Assembly: GCA_902569725.1 (NCBI GenBank)
Contig: CACFVG010000003.1
Coordinates: forward strand, 3,525 to 67,524
Direction: 5' to 3'
From: an uncultured Pelagibacteraceae bacterium
Lineage (GTDB): Bacteria > Pseudomonadota > Alphaproteobacteria > Pelagibacterales > Pelagibacteraceae
Length of the DNA stretch: 64,000 bases
In this document: piece after piece, positions 50,159 to 58,559 of the stretch
Position numbering within the stretch: position 1 is the first letter of the stretch
Layout of the letters: each line of letters starts with the position of its first letter
The notes under the pieces: generated by a model
What the model was told of the DNA's origin: nothing
Databases searched by the model: none
Seen by the model: only the letters and a program-made list of their open reading frames with translations
Position numbers and translations under genes: made by a program

Positions 50159-51395
50159 TAATACTTTTCATCATTTCAATGGAAGATTTTAATCCATCTT
50201 CATGAAATCCATAACCAAAATAACTTCCACAAAACAAAATATTTTCTTTATTTTGAATTAAATTGAGTTGATTTTGATGGTTTAGCGCTTGGCTATCATA
50301 ATAGGGATGTGTGAATTTAACTTTTTTAAATATTTTATTTTCTGGTATTTTTGAAAAAGGATTTATAGTTAAAAAAATATTTTTGTTAATATTTAAATTT
50401 TGTAATTGATTAAGCCAATATGTTACTGATGTTTTGTCATTATTATCTATATTCATGGAAGAATTCCATGAGCACCATACTTTTCTATTTTTTGGCATAA
50501 ATGATTCATCGGTATGAATAATCGCCATATTTTGTCTATATTTAAAGTTTTTCAATATTTTAACTTCATCTAATGTAGGTTTTTCAATCAATTTTAATGC
50601 TTCATCTGCATGTGTTGCAATAACTACTTTATCATAGTTAAAAAATTCATTTTCTCTTCCATAAAATATTTTGATGCCTCGTGTATTTCTTTGAATTTTA
50701 TTTATAGGGTAGTTTTTAAAATATTCTCCAGATATTTGATTAATTATTTTGTTTACATAAGTTTTGCTTCTTTTAGCAACAGTATACCATTGAGGTCTAT
50801 TTTTTAATTTAAACAATCCATGGTTTTTAAAAAAATTAATAAAAAATTTTAAAGGCATTTGTGAAGCTTCATAAGGCGGCATCGACCAGATTGCGGACAC
50901 CATTGGTATTATATGATAATTAATAAAATAATCTGACAGCTTTATACTTTTTAAATATTCTCCTAGAGTTTTTTCATCGTTAGTATCAATATTTAGTTTT
51001 TCACAATTCGTGTAAAAACTAATTATTTCAAAAAACATCTTAATAAATTTTGGTTTTAATAAATTTTTTCTATTTGAAAAAATACCACTTAATCCTTTTC
51101 CACAATATTCAATATCGCTATCTTTTACTGATACAGAAAATGACATATCGCTTTTTTCAATTTCAATTTTGTTTTCCAAAAAAAAATTGATTAAATTTGG
51201 ATATGTTTTTTTATTAAAAACCATAAATCCTATATCAACAGCTACTTCTTTGTTATCTTCAACTGGAATTTTAATAGTATGTGCATGACCGCCAAAATGA
51301 TCATTTTTTTCAAATAAATCTACGTGATGTTTCTTTGATAAATTATAAGCAGCTCCTAAACCTGATATTCCTGATCCAATAACTGCTATTTTCAT
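50151..51395 (-). CDS. NAD(P)/FAD-dependent oxidoreductase (UfaD-like fatty acid desaturase)
   Basis: KIAVIGSGISGL, GGHAHT, VD.GFMVFN..TYP, SDMSFSV, TYW.N.LQ, GFHEDG. Confidence 0.88.
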   Translation of the reverse strand: MKIAVIGSGISGLGAAYNLSKKHHVDLFEKNDHFGGHAHTIKIPVEDNKEVAVDIGFMVFNKKTYPNLINFFLENKIEIEKSDMSFSVSVKDSDIEYCGKGLSGIFSNRKNLLKPKFIKMFFEIISFYTNCEKLNIDTNDEKTLGEYLKSIKLSDYFINYHIIPMVSAIWSMPPYEASQMPLKFFINFFKNHGLFKLKNRPQWYTVAKRSKTYVNKIINQISGEYFKNYPINKIQRNTRGIKIFYGRENEFFNYDKVVIATHADEALKLIEKPTLDEVKILKNFKYRQNMAIIHTDESFMPKNRKVWCSWNSSMNIDNNDKTSVTYWLNQLQNLNINKNIFLTINPFSKIPENKIFKKVKFTHPYYDSQALNHQNQLNLIQNKENILFCGSYFGYGFHEDGLKSSIEMMKSIND

Positions 51396-51474
51396 CAATT
51401 TTTATGATTTTCTCCAGGTAATAATATAAACCTTAGTCCCTATCTTAAAATATTTCTAACATAGAAAATAAATC

Positions 51475-51503
51475 TCTTCCAACTAAATTAATAGTTTGGA
51501 TTA
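51475..51503 (-). promoter_or_regulatory. Candidate sigmaE (RpoE-ChrR type) promoter for the ufa operon
   Basis: Minus strand reads TAATCC-N18-GAAGA, one mismatch per box against the Rhodobacter sigmaE consensus TGATCC-N18-TAAGA as I recall it. Confidence 0.45.
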
Positions 51504-51530
51504 CAAATAACACCAAATTAAATAGCTAAA

Positions 51531-51707
51531 TTAGTGAGTTTTAGCTATTGAGGCAATTTTATCTTTTAGAGCTAATTTTTTTTTCTTTAATGATCTTAAA
51601 CTAGTCCAAGAACTTGATGTTCTGTCGTTCAGTCTTACCTTTGTTATTTTTCTAATTTGTACGTCTATTTGTTTTTTTTCTTTTGATAAGTCTTTTATTA
51701 AAGACAT
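51531..51707 (-). CDS. Small protein, DUF465/YdcH-like (58 aa, below the ORF-track cutoff)
   Basis: Manual translation MSLIKDLSKEKKQIDVQIRKITKVRLNDRTSSSWTSLRSLKKKKLALKDKIASIAKTH; L..LKK.KL.LKD.I signature; fills the largest apparent gap. Confidence 0.75.
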   Translation of the reverse strand: MSLIKDLSKEKKQIDVQIRKITKVRLNDRTSSSWTSLRSLKKKKLALKDKIASIAKTH

Positions 51708-51756
51708 TCGAATCTTATACCATAAATGAAAAAAAATTTAATAAGATATAAAATTA

Positions 51757-52614
51757 TTATACAATTTTACGGTTAAAGAATTGCAATACAACTGCAAATA
51801 AAACAATAGATCCTCCAGCCAAAACAACTAAAGGTGGAGTTTCATTTATAAATAACCAGGCCCAAAGCGGTCCTAGAATGGCTTCGGTCAACATAATAAT
51901 TCCAACTAATGCTGAAGGAGTAGTTTTTGCACCAACTGTTATAAATATGAAACCTAATCCTACCTGAAAAAAACCTGCAATGAATCCTAAAAATATATCG
52001 TATAAAGAAACTATAATTTGTGATGAAAACAAATATCCCAGAATAATTGCACCGATACCTGCAATTAATTGTAGTGGTATCATATCTACATTTGGATATT
52101 TTCTTACAGTTAATATAAGAACAGCAAACGAAATAGGCATTATAAATGCAGCAATATTCCCAACCATTTGTCCAGAATTTAAAGAACCGCCAAGCATTAA
52201 AAATATACCGCTAAATGCAAGAACAATTGAGGTAATTGTTAAGATTGATATTTTTTCTTTGAGAAATATATAACCAAATATAGCTAGGAAAATAGTTTGA
52301 GTTTGAATAATAAAATTAGCATTTGCTACAGTTGTATTATACATGGCGAAAACATATCCTGCATACCCACAGGATAAAACTATTCCACCAAAAAAACCTG
52401 GTAAGCCTATTTTATAAATAGAATTAAAAAAATTTTTTTTATAATTTAATAATAAAAAAAACAAAACTACGATTGAAAAAAATACTGATCTCCAAAATAA
52501 AATTTGCCAAAGATTTGCTCCTTCAAATGATTTAACAATTAATCCACCAAAACTTAATGTGCATGCACCTAAAAATACTAAAAATGGACCTGGAATCTTA
52601 CTTAAAAAGTTCAT
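51757..52614 (-). CDS. DMT/EamA family transporter
   Basis: WQ.LFWRS, TTVANA, FLKE, E..LGPLWAW...NE.P; start overlaps the pxpC stop. Confidence 0.9.
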   Translation of the reverse strand: MNFLSKIPGPFLVFLGACTLSFGGLIVKSFEGANLWQILFWRSVFFSIVVLFFLLLNYKKNFFNSIYKIGLPGFFGGIVLSCGYAGYVFAMYNTTVANANFIIQTQTIFLAIFGYIFLKEKISILTITSIVLAFSGIFLMLGGSLNSGQMVGNIAAFIMPISFAVLILTVRKYPNVDMIPLQLIAGIGAIILGYLFSSQIIVSLYDIFLGFIAGFFQVGLGFIFITVGAKTTPSALVGIIMLTEAILGPLWAWLFINETPPLVVLAGGSIVLFAVVLQFFNRKIV

Positions 52615-53561
52615 CTTATTTGATTTAATATATTTTTAGTTTCAATTTCATATAGTTTGTAAAGATTTTCTGCTTCGTTCAATTCAACTAACTTAAATTT
52701 GATTTTTGATCCAGGAGTTAATTGGGTTAGTCTATCATGATCCGCGGATATAACTACTGCAATCTTTGGATAGCCACCAACTGTTCCATAATCAGATAAC
52801 ATAATAATTGGATTCCCATCTCCAGGAACTTGAATAACTCCTTTTATTAATCCTTCTGATTTAATATTTGTTTCAACAATATTTTCAATTTTTGGACCTT
52901 CAATTCTCATACCCATTCTATCTGTAAGTTTTGACACTGTGAATTCTTTGCTAAATAAGTTATTTGTTCCTTCTTCTGAGAAGTAGTTAAAATTTGTTCC
53001 TTTTAATACTCTAATAAATTCAATTTTTGAGTTTAAATATTCAATTTTTTTTTTCTGAAATTTTATTTCTTTATTATAAATAAATAATTTTTGATTTAAT
53101 CTAAATTTAGTACCATCATTTGGTCCTATCTGTGCCGTGGTATTTATCGAAAAACTTTTCCAAAATGATTCTATTTCGAAACCTCCATTTATAAAAAAAT
53201 AACCATAGACTGATTTATTCGTTGATATAATATCAATCTGATCACCATCATTTAGTTCAAATGTTTCATAACATTCTCCCTCTTCTATCTTTGAATTAGC
53301 TCTTAATATTTTAAAATTTACGTTTCCTGTAACAGCAGCAATTACTTTTGTAGATTGTAGTTTTAATAATGGACCTTGATATGCAAATTCTATTGCGGAA
53401 ATATTATTATTATTCCCAACTAATTTATTTCCTATCATATAATTTCTTTTATCCATCGCACCACTCATTGGTATTCCAATATGGTGTTGGTTAAATCTAC
53501 CTAGGTCTTGAAATGTAGAATTAATTCCTGGTCTAAGTATTTCAAAATAATTTTTACTCAT
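52611..53561 (-). CDS. pxpC: 5-oxoprolinase subunit C (allophanate hydrolase 2 domain)
   Basis: QDLGR, G.P.SGAMD, DRMG.R, G.IQVP.DG.PII, T.GGYPK. Confidence 0.88.
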   Translation of the reverse strand: MSKNYFEILRPGINSTFQDLGRFNQHHIGIPMSGAMDKRNYMIGNKLVGNNNNISAIEFAYQGPLLKLQSTKVIAAVTGNVNFKILRANSKIEEGECYETFELNDGDQIDIISTNKSVYGYFFINGGFEIESFWKSFSINTTAQIGPNDGTKFRLNQKLFIYNKEIKFQKKKIEYLNSKIEFIRVLKGTNFNYFSEEGTNNLFSKEFTVSKLTDRMGMRIEGPKIENIVETNIKSEGLIKGVIQVPGDGNPIIMLSDYGTVGGYPKIAVVISADHDRLTQLTPGSKIKFKLVELNEAENLYKLYEIETKNILNQIR

Positions 53562-54228
53562 TATATTTTTGATATTCTTGTTTGCTGATCCTGTAAAATA
53601 TTACTCTGTCACCAGGATTAATTAATGCTGGATTTTCTTGATTAGATTTGTCAAAAATTTTAACAGGAGTGTTGCCAATAATATTCCATCCACCCGGACT
53701 TTCGTATGTATAAATATTACAAAATTGTTCAGTTATACCAATTGACCCCTTGGGAACTTTTACTCTTGGTGTCTCCAATCTATTTAATCTTATATTTTCC
53801 CTGGTATCTCCTAAAAAAGGCATCCCAGCAATAAAGCCTGTCATATAACAAAAGTATTCTTTATTAAGAAAAGATTGAATAATATTATCTTTTTCAATTT
53901 TCAATTTTTTGGACAATCTATTTAAATCGAGTGAAAACTCCTCATCCAGGCAAATGGGTATTTTGATTATTTTTGCTTCTTTAGTTTCTTTCTCTTTTAA
54001 TTTTAAATCTTTTATTTTTTTCTTTATATCCTGAAAATTTATAATTGATAAATCATAAGAGATAATTAGTTTATTATAAGATGGGGTAAGATTTGTAATA
54101 CCTTTTAAATTTAATTTTTGTAAATTTTTAAAATACCTAATTACATATGAATTGGTTTCTTTGTTAATTTCATTACCAAAATCACAATATAAAGCCGAGT
54201 CGCCAAGATTTGATATATTTTTTAGCAT
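53554..54228 (-). CDS. pxpB: 5-oxoprolinase subunit B (allophanate hydrolase 1 domain)
   Basis: LGDSAL, PSY, GF..G.P.LG, R..TPR..VP.GS.G, YTYESPGGWN.IG.TP. Confidence 0.88.
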   Translation of the reverse strand: MLKNISNLGDSALYCDFGNEINKETNSYVIRYFKNLQKLNLKGITNLTPSYNKLIISYDLSIINFQDIKKKIKDLKLKEKETKEAKIIKIPICLDEEFSLDLNRLSKKLKIEKDNIIQSFLNKEYFCYMTGFIAGMPFLGDTRENIRLNRLETPRVKVPKGSIGITEQFCNIYTYESPGGWNIIGNTPVKIFDKSNQENPALINPGDRVIFYRISKQEYQKYNE

Positions 54229-54255
54229 GTCATGTTATAATTCAAAATTATTATT

Positions 54256-55029
54256 ATGGAAATCAATATAAACTGTGATTTGGGCGAAAAATCAAAACAT
54301 CATTCAAACCATAACGACCCTAAACTGTTAGATATTGTTAACTCGGCTAATGTTGCCTGTGGATATCATGCTGGTGATGATCAGTCTATGAATCAAGTAA
54401 TAGAAATTTCAAAAGAAAATGGTGTTAGTATTGGTGCCCATCCTTCTTTTGATGATCCTGAAAATTTTGGAAGAAAAAGAATGAATTTACCCTCAGCAGA
54501 AATTAGAAAATTAATTATTGATCAGTATGCTATTTTACAAAATATAGCGTCTAAGTATGGGGAAAATGTTACTCATATTAAGCCCCATGGTGCTTTAAAT
54601 AATATGGCATGTGAAGATATTGAGCTAGCTACTGTAATTGCAAAAGCAATATATGAAATAGATAAAAATTTGATTTATCTAGTTCCTACAGGCTCTAAGA
54701 TGGAAGTGGCTGCAAAAAAATTAAATATGAATATAGCTTGTGAAATATTTGCAGATAGAAATTACGAAGATGACGGCAATTTGGTTTCAAGATCTAAGCC
54801 TCATGCATTAATTACAAATCCAGAAGAAGCAAAAAAACACGTTTTAGAAATGGTAAAAAATCAAGCCTTAAATTGTTATTCTGGAAAAAAAATAAATTGC
54901 GAAATTGACTCAGTTTGTATTCATGGAGATAACGAAAGTTCTTTGGCAACTGCAAAATCTATTAAGAATAACTTGATTGAAAATGGACTTATTTTAAAAC
55001 CATTAAATAAAATGAAAAAATTTAGCTAA
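54256..55029 (+). CDS. pxpA: 5-oxoprolinase subunit A (LamB/YcsF)
   Basis: NCDLGE, SANVACGYHAGD, GAHPS, HIKPHGAL, FADR.Y, CIHGD. Confidence 0.93.
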   Translation: MEININCDLGEKSKHHSNHNDPKLLDIVNSANVACGYHAGDDQSMNQVIEISKENGVSIGAHPSFDDPENFGRKRMNLPSAEIRKLIIDQYAILQNIASKYGENVTHIKPHGALNNMACEDIELATVIAKAIYEIDKNLIYLVPTGSKMEVAAKKLNMNIACEIFADRNYEDDGNLVSRSKPHALITNPEEAKKHVLEMVKNQALNCYSGKKINCEIDSVCIHGDNESSLATAKSIKNNLIENGLILKPLNKMKKFS

Positions 55030-56336
55030 TTTAAATTTTGAACCATTTGCTCTGGAAGCCATAAAGCAATTTCAGGAAAAATAATTATCATAATAACAGC
55101 TAAAACCATTAATAAAAATAAAGGGAAAGCGCTTCTTGCAATATATCCCATATCTTTATTTGCCATTCCTTGAAGAACAAAAAGGTTAAATCCTACTGGA
55201 GGTGTAATTTGTGCCATTTCAACTACAACAACCAAAAATATACCAAACCAAATCATATCAAATCCTGCTTGTCTAATCATTGGTTCTATTATTGCCATTG
55301 TTAAAACTACAGCAGATATTCCATCAAGAAACATTCCCAAAATAATATAAAAAATCATTAATACAAAAATTAATAAATAAGGTGAGAGCTGCATACCTTC
55401 TATCCAAATAGCTAAATTTCTTGGAAGCCCTGTAAAACCCATAGCTAGAGATAAAAAAGTTGAACCAGCTAGAATAAAAGCAATCATACAAGAAGTTTTT
55501 GTTGCGCCCAATAAGGATTCTTTAAAAGTTTTTAGACTAAGACTTTTTTGAAAGTAAGAAAGAATAAGAGCGCCAACAACACCTAAGGAAGCAGCTTCAG
55601 TAGCAGTTGCAACACCAGTATATATTGAACCAATCACACCAAGTATTAAAAGTACCACAGGAAGTAATTGCTTTGATTGTTTAATTTTATCTAAAAAAGA
55701 AGATGTTTCATAGGCTTTTGGCATAATTTTATTATTTATTAATGACCAAATAATTACATATGACATAAAAATTAATGCAATCATTATTCCAGGAATAATT
55801 CCTGCTATAAATAATTTTGCAATAGATTCTTGAACTGTCACACCATAAATAATTAAAATAATTGAAGGTGGTATCAGTAACCCTAATGTTCCTGAGCCAG
55901 CTAAACTGCCGAGTAAAATTTTCTCAGGATACTTTCTTTTTCTAAGCTCAGGAATTGACATTTTTCCAACTGTTGCAACTGTAGCAGCTGAAGATCCTGA
56001 AATTGCTGCAAAAAGTGCGCAACCTACAACATTAACATGTATCAAACCTCCGGGCAGCTTTTGCATCCATGGAGATAAACCTTTAAATAAATTTTCAGAT
56101 AATTTAGTCCTAAATAGAATTTCTCCCATCCACACAAAAAGTGGCAGAGCAGTTAATGTCCATGAAGAAGAAGTCCCCCAAATTGTTGTTGCCATTGCAT
56201 CTCCTACTGGCCTTGAGGTAAAAAGCATCATACCTATAGCCGAAACACCAATCATGCTTATCGCAACCCAAATACCAGTTCCTAAAAAGAATAACAAAAC
56301 GGTTATAAAAAAAATTGTTAAAAAAATTTCAGTCAT
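55026..56336 (-). CDS. dctM: TRAP transporter large permease
   Basis: ALPLF..MG, FAAISGSS.AT, GTLG.LIPPS, ITPPVG.NLFV. Confidence 0.95.
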   Translation of the reverse strand: MTEIFLTIFFITVLLFFLGTGIWVAISMIGVSAIGMMLFTSRPVGDAMATTIWGTSSSWTLTALPLFVWMGEILFRTKLSENLFKGLSPWMQKLPGGLIHVNVVGCALFAAISGSSAATVATVGKMSIPELRKRKYPEKILLGSLAGSGTLGLLIPPSIILIIYGVTVQESIAKLFIAGIIPGIMIALIFMSYVIIWSLINNKIMPKAYETSSFLDKIKQSKQLLPVVLLILGVIGSIYTGVATATEAASLGVVGALILSYFQKSLSLKTFKESLLGATKTSCMIAFILAGSTFLSLAMGFTGLPRNLAIWIEGMQLSPYLLIFVLMIFYIILGMFLDGISAVVLTMAIIEPMIRQAGFDMIWFGIFLVVVVEMAQITPPVGFNLFVLQGMANKDMGYIARSAFPLFLLMVLAVIMIIIFPEIALWLPEQMVQNLN

Positions 56337-56817
56337 TGGATTTATTTAAAATTGTTAAAATAAATTTATGAAAAACACATATAAAAAAAATAGATGATCC
56401 TATTGCTACACTTGTTTGTGGTATCCAGATCAATATTTCATCTGCGCCTTCACTTCTTTCTTGAAATTTATAAGAAATAATAAGCATTTTAAAAAAATAA
56501 AATGCTAAATATCCTGAAAAAAAACTAGCAATGATCAAACACCAGGTTTCTAGATATTTCCTTTTTAAACCAGAAATTTTTTCTAAAAAAAGTGTTATTC
56601 TTATATGACCTCCTTCAGTAAATGTATAAGATAAAGCAAAAAATGAAGATGCTGCCATGCAGTATCCTGAATATTCTGCTAATCCTCTTATATAAAATCC
56701 AAATATTCTTGAGGCTATTCCAATTAAAATAAAAACCGCTACCAAAATTAAAAAAAAGGCAGCAACGTACCCAGAAAATTTATAAATACTTTTAAGATTA
56801 TTATTTAGTTTAGACAT
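56329..56817 (-). CDS. dctQ: TRAP transporter small permease
   Basis: 4 TM, GHIRI, W.PQ; between dctP and dctM. Confidence 0.9.
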   Translation of the reverse strand: MSKLNNNLKSIYKFSGYVAAFFLILVAVFILIGIASRIFGFYIRGLAEYSGYCMAASSFFALSYTFTEGGHIRITLFLEKISGLKRKYLETWCLIIASFFSGYLAFYFFKMLIISYKFQERSEGADEILIWIPQTSVAIGSSIFFICVFHKFILTILNKSND

Positions 56818-56818
56818 A

Positions 56819-56850
56819 TAAAAAGGCCGTTTGGTTAAACGGCCTTTTTA
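56819..56850 (-). terminator. Perfect hairpin with flanking A/T tracts between dctP and dctQ
   Basis: TAAAAAGGCCGTTT-GGTT-AAACGGCCTTTTTA: 14-bp stem, 4-nt loop. Confidence 0.85.
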
Positions 56851-56862
56851 ATTATATTAATT

Positions 56863-57834
56863 TTATTTGTATGCGGCAAGTACACTAGCGCCTCTTGAGC
56901 CAGCTTTTGCCTTCCACTCATCAGCCATAGTAGCTCCAACTTTTTGAAAATGTTTTTCTAAAGCTGAATTTACTTTTCCAACTTTCATACCTGCGTCTGA
57001 AAGGGCTTTTTTATCTGCTACATTACCTTTTTTAGATAATTCCCAGCCTTTTTTTTCTGCTACTGCAGCTTCAGACATAACAAGCTTTTTAGTTGCTGAA
57101 TCTAACTTATTCCATGCATCTTTGTTAACAATCACCATATTTTTTGGAAACCATGCGGCAATATCATAAAAATAACCAACGCCATTTTCCCAAATTTTAC
57201 TATTTTTACCTGTAGTCGGTGATGTAATCATGCTTTCTACTGCTCCAGTTGAAAAAGCCTGACTAATTTCTGCAGCTTCAATTTTTGTAGGTGCCATTCC
57301 TGTTAACTCGGCAATTCTAATTGTTGCAGAATTGTATGCTCTAAACTTAAGTCCTTTAAGATCACTAACACTGTTAATAGCTTTCTTGCTATACAAACCT
57401 TGCGCAGGCCATGGTACTGCATATAAAAATACCAAACCTTTTCCATCTAAGCCTTTTACAATTTCTGGCTTTGATGCATTGTAAAGCTTCATTGCATCAT
57501 CATAAGATGTTGCTAAGAAAGGTTGTGAGTCTACTTCCAGTAATGGATCTTCTTTACCTAAAGCTGACATAAATCTTTCACCTATTTGAGCTTGTCCTGT
57601 TCTTACAGCTCTGAAAATTTCTCCACCTTTAAAAAGAGATCCTCCAGGATGAGTAACTATTGTTAGTTTTCCTCCACTTTTTTCAGTTACATTTTTTGCA
57701 AATTCAGTTGCATTAGCAGAATGAAAATTCCCAGCTCCATAAGCAAGAGCCATGTCCCATTTTTCTGCAATAGCAATGTTAATTGACAAAATTAATGAAA
57801 CTAAAACACTTATTAAATATTTCATGAACTTCAT
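56863..57834 (-). CDS. dctP: TRAP transporter substrate-binding protein (likely pyroglutamate)
   Basis: Signal peptide, SGGKL.I..HP.GSL, PFLA, PWP.QG, DLKGLK.R.Y; GGAGG upstream; adjacent to pxpABC. Confidence 0.9.
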   Translation of the reverse strand: MKFMKYLISVLVSLILSINIAIAEKWDMALAYGAGNFHSANATEFAKNVTEKSGGKLTIVTHPGGSLFKGGEIFRAVRTGQAQIGERFMSALGKEDPLLEVDSQPFLATSYDDAMKLYNASKPEIVKGLDGKGLVFLYAVPWPAQGLYSKKAINSVSDLKGLKFRAYNSATIRIAELTGMAPTKIEAAEISQAFSTGAVESMITSPTTGKNSKIWENGVGYFYDIAAWFPKNMVIVNKDAWNKLDSATKKLVMSEAAVAEKKGWELSKKGNVADKKALSDAGMKVGKVNSALEKHFQKVGATMADEWKAKAGSRGASVLAAYK

Positions 57835-57838
57835 TTAT

Positions 57839-57843
57839 CCTCC
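57839..57843 (-). promoter_or_regulatory. Shine-Dalgarno sequence of dctP
   Basis: GGAGG-ataa-ATG on the minus strand. Confidence 0.7.
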
Positions 57844-57947
57844 ATTTTTTTTTATCTTATTTCATAGTGTATTAAATAATTTATCAATAAAAAAATTATA
57901 CTACTTTTAATTGAATTATTTTAAATATCGAATATTATATTTCTACT

Positions 57948-58559
57948 TTGTTACAAGAATTACTTATATTAGCTCAAATTATTTTTATTACGATTATCTT
58001 AACAGCAGATAATGCAATAATCATTGGTGTCATTTCAGCTAATTTTATTCCAAAAAATAGAAAAAAAATAATATATTGGGGTGTAGCTGGTGCTTTAGTA
58101 TTTAAGATTATATTTGCACTTTTTGCTACTCATTTATTTAAATTTTACTTTATAAAAATACTAGGTGGTCTACTTTTAATTTGGATAGTAAATGATTTGA
58201 GAAAAGACCTCTTTGAAATTAAAAAGATAAAATCACCAACCAAAAAATCTAAAGAACCATCTTTTGTACAAAGTGTTTATAAAGTTTTGTTTGCAGACAT
58301 AATGATTAGCTTTGATAATGTGATTGGGGTGGTTGGTGCAGCTAAAGGCTATTTTGGATTTATGATATTTGGTCTTGTCCTATCTGTTGTTCTTACTGGA
58401 GCTCTAGCTACTTATCTTGCCAGCTATATTCAAAAACATATTTGGATAGTTTATGTAGGTTTAATCTTTATTTTATTAGTAGCTGTTCAATTAATAATTG
58501 GTGGTCTTGCAGACTTGGAAATTTTAAAAATAAATGAAAATTTTATAAAATATTTTTAA
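57948..58559 (+). CDS. TerC family membrane protein (YjbE-like)
   Basis: L.ADNAIII, WG..GA, GG.LL.WI, AD..MSFDNV-like motif; TTG start. Confidence 0.85.
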   Translation: MLQELLILAQIIFITIILTADNAIIIGVISANFIPKNRKKIIYWGVAGALVFKIIFALFATHLFKFYFIKILGGLLLIWIVNDLRKDLFEIKKIKSPTKKSKEPSFVQSVYKVLFADIMISFDNVIGVVGAAKGYFGFMIFGLVLSVVLTGALATYLASYIQKHIWIVYVGLIFILLVAVQLIIGGLADLEILKINENFIKYF

